A stretch of DNA of 64,000 nt from Amoebophrya sp. A120 (taxonomy: Eukaryota; Protista; Dinoflagellata): contig CAJINV010000009.1 of assembly GCA_905178155.1 (NCBI GenBank), positions 2,891,373 through 2,955,372 of the forward strand, written 5' to 3'. This document shows positions 47,101 through 56,000 of the stretch, piece after piece. Both the position numbers and the translations under genes were made by a program. Position 1 is the stretch's first letter. The number at the start of each line of letters is the position of its first letter. The notes below the pieces were generated by a model. That model saw nothing but the letters and a program-made list of their open reading frames with translations. It ran no database searches and was not told where the DNA came from.

Positions 47101-47489
47101 TGTTCCATCAAAAACGTCATCACACTACTTCTTTTTCCTGTGATAAAGAGCACGCGGGTAGGTGTATCATCGTCGTTGTCGTGTTGCGGGTGGACGCGTG
47201 CTGCAACTGGAACAGTTGACACCGATCCTGTTTCTTCTTTTCTGGAAGCAGCATTATCACGTGCAAGAACTGCTGGTTCCACAGTCGCTCCACTTGCTTT
47301 CGCGTTTATGTTCTCTTCAGCCGCCTCGTCGTGTTTATCTTGATCCACGACCAGTGCCTCGACGATTTCCGAGTGGACAAAGCGAAAGTTACTATCGTCG
47401 TCCCCAGCTGCATGAGGCTCATCTGCTACATCCTTCATAGTAGCAGCCTCGTCGTCCTCGTCGCACTCGGACGGGGATTTGATTTTCAT
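5110..47489 (-). CDS. Gene 2: giant (~4,746 aa) low-complexity / coiled-coil hypothetical protein, 75 exons
   Basis: ATG at 47489 (MKIKSPSECDED..., in-frame TGA immediately upstream) to TAA at 5112-5110 (...NSIKLVGDTSD*). All 74 junctions checked by hand for codon phase. Span 42,380 minus introns (elements + 5 nt each; one GT-AG intron) = 14,241 nt, divisible by 3. S/R/K/E/A/G-rich with Q/E/K/L heptad-like segments; no domain recognised. Confidence 0.82.
5191..5510. mobile_element. Introner family D
   Basis: TIR TATnnnnnGGAAAAATCCCCCTCCCCATAT-like; TSD gcctg. Confidence 0.9.
5548..5770. mobile_element. Introner family C
   Basis: C-type TIRs; TSD ttccg/ctccg. Confidence 0.85.
5844..6101. mobile_element. 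Introner family A
   Basis: A-type TIRs (left starts TAC); TSD ctttc. Confidence 0.9.
6652..6846. repeat. Two-copy tandem repeat, ~97 bp unit
   Basis: cgttgccgcgcctgcgcttgccctagcggc...gtcagccctttagccg occurs twice back to back. Confidence 0.85.
7020..9250. repeat. Degenerate array of short palindromic units
   Basis: Dozens of GCAAAAGTGATGGCC-(AGGGAGCTCTT)-GGCCATCACTTTTGCCCG units or half-units. Confidence 0.88.
8085..8500. repeat. Cluster of long palindromes
   Basis: CCCCCTGTTGTCGTCAGGATACTGTCGCGAA-gcct-TTCGCGACAGTATCCTGACGACAACAGGGGG (8290-8355) plus related copies at ~8095, ~8190 and ~8422. Confidence 0.88.
9727..10094. mobile_element. Introner family D (left end degenerate)
   Basis: TSD acccg. 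Confidence 0.78.
10103..10241. mobile_element. Introner family B
   Basis: B TIRs; TSD cggcc/cgccc. Confidence 0.87.
10317..10578. mobile_element. Introner family A
   Basis: A TIRs; TSD cttgt. Confidence 0.9.
10789..11125. mobile_element. Introner family E (degenerate)
   Basis: TATCCTAGTAAA...CGTCCCCA; TSD ttgaa. Confidence 0.8.
11200..11680. mobile_element. Introner family C containing a nested family F element
   Basis: Starts TGTGCAAGAAAAAAACTGTG; TSD tccga/tcgga; frame restored. Confidence 0.78.
11456..11673. mobile_element. Introner family F nested in the tip of a family C element
   Basis: TIR TATCGCA.GAAAAAACTGTTTCAC; flanks gagaa/gatca. Confidence 0.85.
11740..11887. mobile_element. 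Introner family B
   Basis: TSD tcttg. Confidence 0.9.
12065..12220. mobile_element. Introner family B (opposite orientation to 11740)
   Basis: TSD gtgcg/ctgcg. Confidence 0.88.
12324..12602. mobile_element. Introner family E
   Basis: TIR TATCCTGAGTAAAAACGTCCCCACACCAGAG; TSD attcc/actcc. Confidence 0.9.
12720..12935. mobile_element. Introner, B-like (degenerate)
   Basis: TATCCGCTGCAAAAGT...ACTTTTGCAATCCATA; TSD eroded (agtac/ttatc) but 5-nt register keeps frame. Confidence 0.72.
13347..13495. mobile_element. Introner family B
   Basis: TSD caacc. Confidence 0.92.
13567..13875. mobile_element. Introner family D
   Basis: TSD cgcct. Confidence 0.9.
13969..14172. mobile_element. Introner family B (degenerate)
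   Basis: TSD gctag/gccag; frame restored. Confidence 0.75.
14274..14741. mobile_element. Introner family A (degenerate, expanded)
   Basis: TSD ccggt/tcggt; frame restored. Confidence 0.78.
14940..15202. mobile_element. Introner family A
   Basis: TSD cgaac. Confidence 0.92.
15278..15530. mobile_element. Introner family A
   Basis: TSD cctcc. Confidence 0.92.
16551..16920. repeat. G-rich ~11-bp minisatellite with inverted copies
   Basis: (YCTTCGGGGGG)n tandem from ~16749; CCCCCGAAGG inverse copies upstream. Confidence 0.9.
17595..19710. repeat. Degenerate tandem array, ~16 units of ~125-145 bp, each internally palindromic
   Basis: Recurrent GGCGCTGGAATGTAGGCGGCTGG...CCAGCCGCCTACATTCCAGCGC at ~17615, 17777, 17913, 18042, 18175 ... 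19625. Confidence 0.87.
21239..21489. mobile_element. Introner family A
   Basis: TSD ttcct. Confidence 0.92.
21806..22069. mobile_element. Introner family A
   Basis: TSD gaagt/ccagt; frame restored. Confidence 0.88.
22281..22625. mobile_element. Introner family D
   Basis: TSD gcgac/gcaac. Confidence 0.87.
22753..23171. mobile_element. Introner family E with internal ~140-bp insertion
   Basis: TSD ggcct/agccc; ACCCCAGAGTTGTCATGC present twice (~22775, ~22914). Confidence 0.82.
23363..23628. mobile_element. Introner family A
   Basis: TSD gagga. Confidence 0.92.
23693..23860. mobile_element. Introner, B-like
   Basis: TSD aaaac. Confidence 0.82.
23920..24176. mobile_element. Introner family A
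   Basis: TSD caggc. Confidence 0.9.
24409..24670. mobile_element. Introner family A
   Basis: TSD ggaga. Confidence 0.92.
24738..24947. mobile_element. Introner family C
   Basis: TSD tgcag. Confidence 0.92.
25068..25325. mobile_element. Introner family A
   Basis: TSD attcg. Confidence 0.9.
25431..25699. mobile_element. Introner family A
   Basis: Left end CAT variant; TSD ccgcc. Confidence 0.9.
25738..26015. mobile_element. Introner family E
   Basis: TSD gcagc. Confidence 0.9.
26593..26868. repeat. Tandem repeat, 3 x 92 bp
   Basis: Units start 26593, 26685, 26777. Confidence 0.93.
27353..27456. repeat. Tandem repeat, 8 x 13 bp (AGGTCACCTGTCA)
   Basis: Directly visible. Confidence 0.93.
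27603..27858. mobile_element. Introner family H
   Basis: TIR TATRACCTGCTCA...GTTACAATCTCAA; TSD cagga/cagca. Confidence 0.88.
28018..28177. mobile_element. Introner family B
   Basis: TSD tcttt/ttttt. Confidence 0.83.
28212..28370. mobile_element. Introner family B
   Basis: TSD cagct. Confidence 0.92.
28433..28674. mobile_element. Introner family A
   Basis: Left end AAT variant; TSD cttca. Confidence 0.87.
28730..28994. mobile_element. Introner family A
   Basis: TSD tctcc. Confidence 0.92.
29265..29460. mobile_element. Introner family G
   Basis: TIR TATGCAAAGAAAAAAGTGTTACAGTTACAC; TSD atctc. Confidence 0.9.
29765..30026. mobile_element. Introner family A
   Basis: TSD ggcgg. Confidence 0.92.
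30124..30445. mobile_element. Introner family D
   Basis: TSD ggagt. Confidence 0.9.
30509..30707 (-). other. Canonical GT-AG intron (199 nt)
   Basis: Minus strand GTACTTC...CTAAATGCAAATCAG; removal joins REKA-K-LAPRSPELTQM in frame and skips in-frame stops. Confidence 0.72.
31005..31138. mobile_element. Introner family B
   Basis: TSD ggtcc. Confidence 0.92.
31466..31767. mobile_element. Introner family A (diverged)
   Basis: TSD gccga. Confidence 0.85.
32096..32489. mobile_element. Introner family D (degenerate)
   Basis: TSD tagag/aagaa; frame restored. Confidence 0.75.
32755..32972. mobile_element. Introner family C
   Basis: TSD agctc. Confidence 0.92.
33413..33603. mobile_element. Introner family B
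   Basis: TSD tccag. Confidence 0.88.
33700..33921. mobile_element. Introner family K
   Basis: TIR TATGA...TGCACAACT.CCCCTCCCCCTCATTT; TSD ttctc. Confidence 0.88.
34207..34355. mobile_element. Introner family B
   Basis: TSD cttct. Confidence 0.9.
34569..34765. mobile_element. Introner family L (degenerate)
   Basis: Related to 62363-62542; TSD eroded (gctgc/ccacc) but phase kept. Confidence 0.72.
36176..36496. mobile_element. Introner family D
   Basis: TSD cggta. Confidence 0.92.
37010..37300. mobile_element. Introner family E
   Basis: TSD gccgg. Confidence 0.92.
37335..37556. mobile_element. Introner family C
   Basis: Left end TGT variant; TSD gcttg. Confidence 0.88.
37634..37918. mobile_element. 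Introner family E
   Basis: TSD ttgcg/ctgca. Confidence 0.85.
37987..38249. mobile_element. Introner family A
   Basis: TSD cgtcg. Confidence 0.92.
38454..38715. mobile_element. Introner family A
   Basis: TSD cccac. Confidence 0.92.
38774..39027. mobile_element. Introner family A
   Basis: TSD ggtct. Confidence 0.92.
39410..39730. mobile_element. Introner family D
   Basis: TSD tccag. Confidence 0.92.
39816..39968. mobile_element. Introner family B (diverged)
   Basis: TSD cgtta/cgtgc. Confidence 0.82.
40176..40431. mobile_element. Introner family A
   Basis: TSD ttgtg/ttgta. Confidence 0.9.
40505..40789. mobile_element. Introner family E
   Basis: TSD ttctg. Confidence 0.92.
41901..42165. 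mobile_element. Introner family A
   Basis: TSD ctgct. Confidence 0.92.
42399..42733. mobile_element. Introner family D
   Basis: TSD tacgt. Confidence 0.92.
42776..43058. mobile_element. Introner family E
   Basis: Left end TTT variant; TSD cattc. Confidence 0.87.
43156..43367. mobile_element. Introner family F
   Basis: TSD tcttc. Confidence 0.92.
43440..43755. mobile_element. Introner family A (degenerate)
   Basis: TSD aggtg/agttc; frame restored. Confidence 0.78.
43812..44063. mobile_element. Introner family H (opposite orientation to 27603)
   Basis: TSD cagca. Confidence 0.92.
44390..44578. mobile_element. Introner family A (highly degenerate)
   Basis: TSD acccc/accac; frame restored. 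Confidence 0.7.
44736..44891. mobile_element. Introner family B
   Basis: TSD tcttc/gcttc. Confidence 0.9.
44934..45140. mobile_element. Introner family F
   Basis: TSD ttgtt. Confidence 0.92.
45158..45322. mobile_element. Introner family K (degenerate)
   Basis: TSD cgccg/cgcct; frame restored. Confidence 0.75.
45443..45625. mobile_element. Introner family G (degenerate)
   Basis: TSD atccc/caccc. Confidence 0.8.
46301..46487. mobile_element. Introner, B-like (degenerate)
   Basis: TATGCGTTGCAAAAG...CTTTTGCAAAGGATA; TSD ggctg/ggccg. Confidence 0.78.
46960..47145. mobile_element. Introner family I (degenerate)
   Basis: TSD aagag; frame restored. Confidence 0.75.
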
Positions 47490-48250
47490 TCATGATCTCA
47501 ATGTTTTATATATACCACTGCCCTGCAGCTGCAGCAGTGTAGCGCTTTCGCTGCTTGTTCGATTAGGAAGACCTTTTTAAGTACTTAGTACCAGATATTC
47601 GACCAATACAAACGGGCCCGATTTATAATACGGACGGAGAAGTAAAAGGCGGCTGGTGACCGATGCAGTCTCTCTTTTTTGTCAACATCTAGTACAACTT
47701 CACCCAGCACAACCCGTTTCAACTTATTCCTGCCTCATCTTGAACCAGCACGGCTCGGTGCGGGGGATGACACGAGTTTTCATATTTGGTTTTGATGCGG
47801 CGAGCATTAGCAGCCGCCCCGCAAGTTCTTGTAGTTGCAACGGCGAAGGGAAGAATCTCAGTTGTTTCATGATCTCTCCGATCTCTGTCTATCGATCTTC
47901 CGCATCACGACCAGATCTTCCGGTCACGGCGTCAGACTTCTGGTCGTTCTCTAGTACTATCTCTGCCACATGCATTGAATATAACAAGCGTCTCTTCACT
48001 CATCATGCGCCGGCTGCAAAGAAACCACAGAGTTGTCAGAAGACAAAGACTACATCTTCACGCCAGTAAAACAATTGCTATCGCCCGCCCGGAAAGTTGT
48101 TAGTCGCAGTCTTTACCAGTTGTATTCAATGCGTACACAGTCTTACTTATATTGTTTTCGTTTCTTCAAATCATCGGGTCACATCATCAAAATCTCAGTT
48201 ATGCTTATGCACATGATCGTCTGTGGTTCGTCCTAAAACTGTAGAGCAGA

Positions 48251-48487
48251 TATGAAAAGAAAAAGCTTCGTCCTCACAGTCATACATTCATTACTTTGCA
48301 GGTTTTGCATGACAAAATTTTCGCGCCGCAGCGCAGCTTTTTCTTTTCGTGCACAATCACAAGCCAAATCGCGTATGAAAGACTGTGAAGATGCATTCTG
48401 CTTAAGCATGACAGGAGGTAGGTCTAATTTTGTATTCTGCATAAATGCGCATGAGTCGTGATCGTGACGAACTTTTTTTACTCGATA
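48251..48487. mobile_element. Introner-like element (singleton TIR), outside mapped CDS
   Basis: TATGAAAAGAAAAAGCTTCGTC...GACGAACTTTTTTTACTCGATA; TSD gcaga/gtaga. Confidence 0.72.
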
Positions 48488-48591
48488 GTAGAAGAAATTC
48501 CTTCAATGAAATCCGGCATCAAGGAAGTCGGCAGTCGCGCTTATTAGTCCGGAAGGCTGCAAGTGGAGCGGTTTGGTCAAAAGAAACAGGG

Positions 48592-48906
48592 TATCCTACA
48601 GAAAAGGACACCCGTACCACAAGAAACTACTGGTAATTGTGTTTCTGAATTGCTGTAGTCAGCACCAAAAACTCTGTTGCAAAAATGCAGAGACCAAAGA
48701 ATCGGGGGAATTTTATTCTGTCATGCAGGCTCAACGCAGCTTGCAATGCTACCTAGCGACTAGAGGGCGACCAAAAAATAGTTTGTCATGCCAAGCACAA
48801 GCAGCCGAAAGCAGTTTTCTTGCATAGTTGGAATCTCCCTAAGGTAAAAACCGCAACACAAATTTCGTTGTTTCTAAAGTATTTGTGCACTTTTCTGTCT
48901 TGGATA
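48592..48906. mobile_element. Introner-like element (singleton TIR), outside mapped CDS
   Basis: TATCCTACAGAAAAG...CTTTTCTGTCTTGGATA; TSD caggg. Confidence 0.72.
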
Positions 48907-49351
48907 CAGGGTCCCAAAGGTGAATCATTCGCCTGGATTCTGGACTTGAATTCTCTTGAAACCCACACTCCCACGCAAGCCCCGTCCGGATCTAGGGATT
49001 GCTATTCGTACTGGCAAGAAGGCAACATCAGTGGAAACGTTGTAGTCGTAGTTGTAAGTACCTGGTGCAACTTCCAATACTGCAAAAAGTAGCGCTTGCG
49101 CTAGAATTTAATTTTCGTCGTGCTAGTAGTAAAAAAAATCAACTATATATCGTCTTTTCGATTTGTTCGTTTCGTCAGTCAACATCAAACTTCTTCCTCC
49201 CAAGAATTATAGTGCTCGTCTTTATTGTTTCTAAGTGAAAATTTTTGAAGATGAGCACTGGTCGCGTTTTCTGTCCAGAAGAGCGTGAAGTCGAGATATT
49301 ACAGGTTTGCGGCCATTTAAAGATGAACTACAGCATCTACTACCACCGCGC

Positions 49352-49735
49352 CTAATTTTCATCACCACCTGTTGCTGTTACTGTTGCTCTTTCGGAAGGG
49401 GGGATGTATCTCTTCCGGATGTGGTTGCCGGCCGGGAGGATGATGTCACCGGTCTTTTTATTGCGAAAGTGCTCCGCCGGCTTCCACTTCTTACTTTTTT
49501 CATCGTACACCCAACGCGCAAACTCAAGCTGCTCGTGCACCAGAAGATGCGCACGTAGAACATCCGGCTGGCACTCAAAAGTGATACCACAACGGACACA
49601 ACAGTAGCTATCCCCCCCGTTGTGCCGCACATGCACTTTTCTGTAGGCGGAAGCACTGCTGGAGGAAGAAGATCGGCATACTTCTCACAATACAACTCCC
49701 ACGGCGTCCGGTGCGCTATCACTGTGGCGTACGGG
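49352..49735 (-). pseudogene. Frameshifted fragment with a C2H2 zinc-finger-like motif
   Basis: CVRCGITFECQPDVLRAHLLVH in ORF 49352-49636; its apparent N-terminal part (TPWELYCEKYADLLPP) is in another frame; flanked by direct repeats. Confidence 0.4.
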
Positions 49736-49828
49736 TTGCGGCCATTTAAAGATGAACTACTACTGCCTAATTTTCATCACCACCTGTAGGTAGGCACAAA
49801 CGAGGGTAATTAGTGTTGACCTATCGCA

Positions 49829-50048
49829 TATGCAAAGAAAAAAGCGTTACTACAGTTACACACTCTGATGGAAGACAAGCAAGACAGACAACCTCTGTCA
49901 TGCAGGAAATGCTTGCCAGCCTTATTTCATTCCTGTTTTCCCGTATAGACATAGTCTGCGCATCACAGGTTTTCTTTGCTATGTCGAGCAACTTTGTGAT
50001 GCAGAAACTCCAACAAATGTGTAACTGTAACACTTTATTCGTGGGATA
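49829..50048. mobile_element. Introner family G, outside mapped CDS
   Basis: TSD tcgca. Confidence 0.85.
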
Positions 50049-51344
50049 TCGCACTTCATCCAGGCAAGCGGACGTGAAAAGAAGGACGAGATTCGTAGAG
50101 CTGCTGTAGTAAGTCGGCAACACTTGTCTTGGAGTGGTATGGGTAATAATATGCTTGTTAGTTTTTGGAATTTCAATCACACAAGAATGACACCTCAATT
50201 CTCATCGTGAATCATAAGCATGGGGTGCGTAATTCTGGAAATGAAAATGATACTCGACGGCCTGTTGGTAAAATAGACATGACAAAAAAAACACTAAAGT
50301 AATTCCAGATCCACTTTGACGTTGAAAATCTGTCATGAAAAAGCTCTACGCCATGGCGAGCGTTCTTGTTCAAAACATCATGAGCTGCATGAAGCTAGTA
50401 CTAGTTCATCTATCTCCTCGGCACATCATGCATTAAATTTCCTTGTTTGTTTCGTGTGTTGTAAAAATCATAGAACCATATCGACATGTCTGTTAGTTGA
50501 CAGCACAAGAGTTGTATGCACACTTGCTAAATCGCGACAGTGCCTCTTGATTGATGACTGTTGTTCTTCGAGTTAAAATTTCTATTGCTATCCAGCACGT
50601 TTTTTATAGATTGATAATTTCTCCTCACTTGACTGTCGTCCGGCAGGTGGTCGGAAGGCCACTGGAATTGCCCGCACGATCGCGGAGGACACACGACACT
50701 ACACAAAACCTGTATTGACATTATGCGGCCAAGCAAGCCTTTCTGTCTGTCGTCCGGCCAGCTGCCACTTTGCATAGTCGCATAGTCGCAAGAGGAAGAG
50801 AGGCAGACAAGAATAAAAATCACTTTTGAAACATTTCCATCGATAGTTGTACCCGCTTTCACCTTCACTTTGCAGAGCAGGAGCCGAGTGGCATAATAAA
50901 TAAATAGATACAGGCAGCTATTTCTAGTACCAACTTTTTGAAGATAATTTTTTCGCATCGGATCATTTTGCTACACACGAAAACTGCAATTTATTTGTCA
51001 TCCCGCCCCTAGGATACATAAACAAATGCATGAAATTGTTGTTCTTCTGACGAAGCTGCAAATTTGTTCCGCTTGCACTTGCTGTGCTATCAACCTCGTC
51101 CTTCATTGCAGCTCTCTGAAGTAGATCTTGTAAAAATTGAGGGTGACAGACCCTATGGGAAGCTATTTGTTTGGCACATAACCTGCTAGTATCTTCTTTC
51201 TATACGCAAAGAATACTTGCAGCTCCATAACTATGCCCTTATTGCCCCTTGTTCCTCGTTTTTAGTATTTCATCTCCAATCCGAGCTAGTACAAACTTTA
51301 GCTCTAGCTCTTATGTCTTGGAGCGGAGTTCCTGAAGCGAGTTC

Positions 51345-51665
51345 TATTGAGAGGAAAAATCCCCCCTCCCCATATCGAAAAGGTATGTTTGCGAAAATTT
51401 GCGTTGCTGATTTGAGACCACAAATCGCATCTGTCTTGCAAGGAGGCAACTCCACAAGCTCCGCAGCATTGTGCAGGCGGTTTGTGATGCTGATGGGCCT
51501 ACAGAACGGACGTTCCTCATGCTAGACGCCTAGGCCAAAACCTATCTACTTAGGCTGAGTATGGGCCTGCATTTCTCTCCAGCAAGACAGATCCGATCTG
51601 TGTACGCAAATCCTGCATCAGAAACTTCGTTTTGATATGGGGAGGGGGGATTTTTCCTTTTGATA
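51345..51665. mobile_element. Introner family D, outside mapped CDS
   Basis: TSD agttc. Confidence 0.9.
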
Positions 51666-52297
51666 AGTTCGTCGTCTTGTTCTGCCTGATCGATATAATC
51701 GATGGAGATCATGACCTTCTCACTAGAAGTATTTGACCACTACAAGGTGGCCAAAAATTACCAAGACCAACAACTTCATCGCGCACGATAGCGATCATGT
51801 TGGCCCATTTTCATTTTCTAATTCTAAGCAAAATTTGATACAGCGCATAATGTCGCATAATAATTTCGCAAACAGGAAAGGCATTGTTGATCTCTATTGA
51901 TGGCTGCACTTCTGATAGAAGTCACAGCTTAGACTTAGTACGTGCTATGTATAACTCGGAGGCTCGTTTTTTACACGTTCGGCTGCAGAAGCGTTGTATC
52001 CACGCCTGATGTCTGAAACTGAATCTGCAACACCTTCCTCCACTGTTTGAGCCAAGAAGTGCAGCCAAACTTAAAAAGTAAGTACGTACTATCATTGCAA
52101 AAAGCTTGCAGGCAAAGAATAAGAAACATTGATTCAGCACATCATTCGACTGTATGCCCCTTCTTGCAGAATGAATGCACACCTGCGAAGATCCTGGGTG
52201 ACTAGTAGTTCAACGTCTATAGTCGATTCTGACTCATATTACGATAGCGCAAGATTGTATTCGTAAATAACATCGGAAATGGGTGCGCCAGCACCTT

Positions 52298-52555
52298 TAT
52301 CCAATGCAAATAGGTCTGGGTCTGGAAGGTTGTGGTGCTAAAATTGGCTATAGGCGCACAGTAGTAGTGCGCTGCTATGCATGACAAAATTTTGGGCTGC
52401 TATGGCAAACTGCGTTTCTGTATGACAGCAGCTGAGAGGAACTTTTCGTGCCCATGCATCTGCATCACAGAGTTTCCAGTCATGCTCATGCCAGACCTAC
52501 AACATGAGAAGCCTTACATTCTTCCAACTAGGCCCAGACATAATTGCGATGCGTA
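52298..52555. mobile_element. Introner family A, outside mapped CDS
   Basis: TSD acctt/gcctt. Confidence 0.8.
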
Positions 52556-53018
52556 GCCTTTGCGCGATAATTTTCATCGTGGCCCTCCCGACGTCTCGAG
52601 CCGCTTATCGTTACCAAAATCTTGACTACTGGTAGCGCAGGTAAAACCATTGTGGAGATCTACTCGTCGGGGATCCTGACGTGCGAGCGGATATATTGAT
52701 ACTACTGACAAACTTGTAGCCGCGTCTAAAAAGTAGATTGCTCAGATTGCAGAAAACAAAATCGTGGCGTTTCTTGGATTTTTTGGCAGTAGGTAGTACA
52801 GCAATATCATGCAAGTAGCAGTAGCAGTAAAAAGAACAGTATACAACTTTTCGATTTTGATTTTCCTTTCTCATTTTTTAGCAGTGGGTGTAAGTGTATA
52901 CAATTGTCGTATAGCATGCAACAGTTTTCAAGATTAGCTTCTGGTTCAATATCAATTCTGATTCTACTGTTTTTCTGAACTACAATTATCCCTAGTACGT
53001 ACGAATAATGCAATAGAT

Positions 53019-56000
53019 TTATTCTCGAAGGATGCAGCTTCGCAAAATGTTAAGTATTATCAAGTCGATTCCGAGAATGCGGGTCGTGCCGTCGAGACCG
53101 AGAATGCAGGCCAGCGCCAGGTCGTTGTTTGTATGACCACATGAGCTGCATTTTTTTAAAACCGGTTTAACCGGCTCGCTTTTCCGGAGGAACAATGCCC
53201 CCCCGACGAACATGAAGCAGGGGGCAGCGGGGGAGTACCAGATGGGCACCTTGATCCCCTCGTTACCGGAAACGAACATAGAAATCGCGTACCGTTTCCG
53301 CGGCAAGGAGTCCTCCGTTAGCGGGTCAACATAGCCGGGCGGGGGCTGCTGCTCGTTGCCGACGTGCTGGGGTCGTTGTGCTACTTGTTCCCCGCCTCCA
53401 AAAGCACCACCGGCACCCCCCGGTTGCTGCATCGGTTCCTCGAGCTCCTTAAATTCCAGCACACCTTGGCAGTAGCTCGTACTGTGACAAGAATTATCCA
53501 CGCTGCTGCTCGTCCCAGTGACGCAAGCTTCGCCCTTCAGCGTGCAGGCCAACGCTTCCTGCTGTTGCCGGTCTTCCACGGTTTGGTCCACCTGCAGCTC
53601 CTTCCCCCGCTTGAGGCCAATCACCCGGTCCCCGAATATCCGGAAGCCAACGTATCCTGTTGAAAAAACTCCCCGCCCCAGAGTCAAGTTGGGAAGTGCG
53701 CAACACAAATCCAGAAGCTGAGGGAGCCACGCATGCCAAGTTTATTTCATCTGTAGTGTAGTGCACGTTAACAATGATAGGCAGCATCACAAAGCAATCA
53801 GCTTATTTACTGTTGACAGCATCACAGATTCCGAAACTGAAAAAAGTTTGCCTCTCATGGAGATCCATCATCATCATCATCATCATCAGTGAATCGGCTC
53901 TGCCGACCGGGCAACCCAACGCGAACGCCTAGCATACAAATCTTCCTATAGATGCAATTCTGCATGACACCTCTGGGCGGGACGTGGGGACGTTTTTCCA
54001 TATGATACAACCGTGAGTTTCTTCATTTTTTCCGGGAGATCTTCCTCTACATCTTCTTCGTCGAATTGGAGCTGCACTTTTTCCCAAATCCCCGTTAGAT
54101 CGTAAATCGAAAAAAGCCGGTTTATCAGCAGCCGCTGCATATTCACATCCGCATCCTGACTTACTCCGAACAGTTCCGCTTCGGAGAAAAACCGCAATGA
54201 CGGGGTTTTTTGCCGGTAATAGGAAATCTGCGCAGGCAACTCCGGAGTAGGGTGGGGCTGGGGAGGGGATGCAGGCGATTGCACGGCTACGGCGCCTTGG
54301 CTTTCCTCCCCGCCCCTCCTGTTACTTCGCCGCCGGCCTCTGCCCCGGTCGTCTTGCGGGTTGTTGGAAGCCCTCGCCTGCTCCACCCGAGGTGGTTGCG
54401 GCTGGGTGAAATAGTACATCTTCGGTATTCGGCGGAGCATGACTGGAATCGTCCTGTCTTGCATCGTCAGAATCTCCTGCCCATCCTATTACAATGAAAA
54501 ATGCCCCCACTCCCCAACTTGGGTGGAGCATTTGTATTGCAAACCTTTCCAAGTGAGACACTCGCCCTCTTGCGTCTATCAGCATCACAGATCTACTTCA
54601 ATTGTGAATAGTCAACATTTGTATTGCAAAAGATCCCAGCAAGAGCGGCGCCTGTCATGCAAGCGGTGCGATACACGCCTAGACCCTTCATCAGAGAGGT
54701 AATTCACACTCCTTTCATGCATGACAAAAAGTTTTGATTTGGAAACTTCGCATAAAAAATTTTTGCAACTGTGGGGGTCGTGGGGGCATTTTTCATTGTA
54801 ATACATCCTCTGTCGGCACCGATTTGAAATTGTCGCCAAAGCTGAAAACCTCCATGACCGCCTTCGGCGTTTGCATCAGCGGGAGCTGCATCTGCTTCGT
54901 TAACGGGACTGGCGCCCGGTGGGACAGCGCGCCGGGAGAACCACCCTGGTCGCGGCCTCCATGGGGACCACTAGTACTAGAACCGCCGCTTTCTTCGGAA
55001 TTATTCCCAAGTGCAGCAGCAGCAGCAGCACCAGCGCCTGAAGATGAAGATGCTGCCCCACGATCTCTACTTGCACGACGGCTTTTTCCTATCCTGAGTA
55101 AAAACGTACCCACACCAGAGTCAGGATGGGGATTTGCAACACAAACCTAGGAGTTTTGTGTGTCACGCATGACAAGTTTCAGTCCGTAAGGTAGTGCAAG
55201 TTAGCAAGGAAAGCCGCATCACAAATCGACCTTCGGATCCTGTTTACAGCATTACAAGTTCCCAAAGACGATTGAAAATGCCTGTCATGGGGTTGCGCAT
55301 CACAAATGTTCCTGTCATGGCAAATCTGCATGACAACTCTGGGGTGGGTACGTTTTTACTCAGGATATTTCCTTTCTTCTCGTCTTCCTTCGCTTTCGTT
55401 TTCAAACCGTTCCGGTCCAAGTTTTTACTCTTGGACAGGGTGACGGCGAAGGGAGACGGTATCAAACAAAAAAGTGTTAACGTTAAGACGGTTTATCAAT
55501 ATGCATGTCAGATTTTGCCCAGCATGCATGCTAAGCATGACAAATTTGGGCACGTTTTGTGATGCATTATCGCATCACAAATTCCGTTAACGTTAACACT
55601 TTTTCCCGTGATAAAAGGAGCCGTCACGTGATGATCCTGCATGTGGGTGAAGTCGAACATTTTGGTCTTCAGAGCTTTCTCTGCCAGCGCCTGCTTATGC
55701 CCGACGGAGGCCTGTGCGGACGACGACCCTGACGATGTTCCCGCAAGTGTGTTCGAGGACGGTTGGGAGGTAAGCACTGCTCCTCCTCCAGCCTCGCCGA
55801 CTACCAAACTGGGCATCGTCAAGGCGTGGCCAATTTTGTTCGGTTCGATCTTCAGAGCGTTTCGATCAAAAACCAGCTCCGCGTTGTTTAAAAGTTCGTT
55901 GTTATTCCCGTGAAGTACATCGCGCTCCACCGTCTGTGCCGTCTCGCCGAGTACAGAGCATCCGTGCGTCGCATTGTGAGGAAACATCCCACCTCCCTGT

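Noticed and set aside
52047-52055. TTGGCTCAA on the minus strand, resembling the 3' end of the dinoflagellate spliced leader
   Set aside because: Only a 9-nt match without the terminal G and not at a gene start; compatible with chance.
47600-52900. Possible additional gene(s) around the five elements in this region
   Set aside because: Where I tested it, removing the elements did not give a long open frame; left unannotated.
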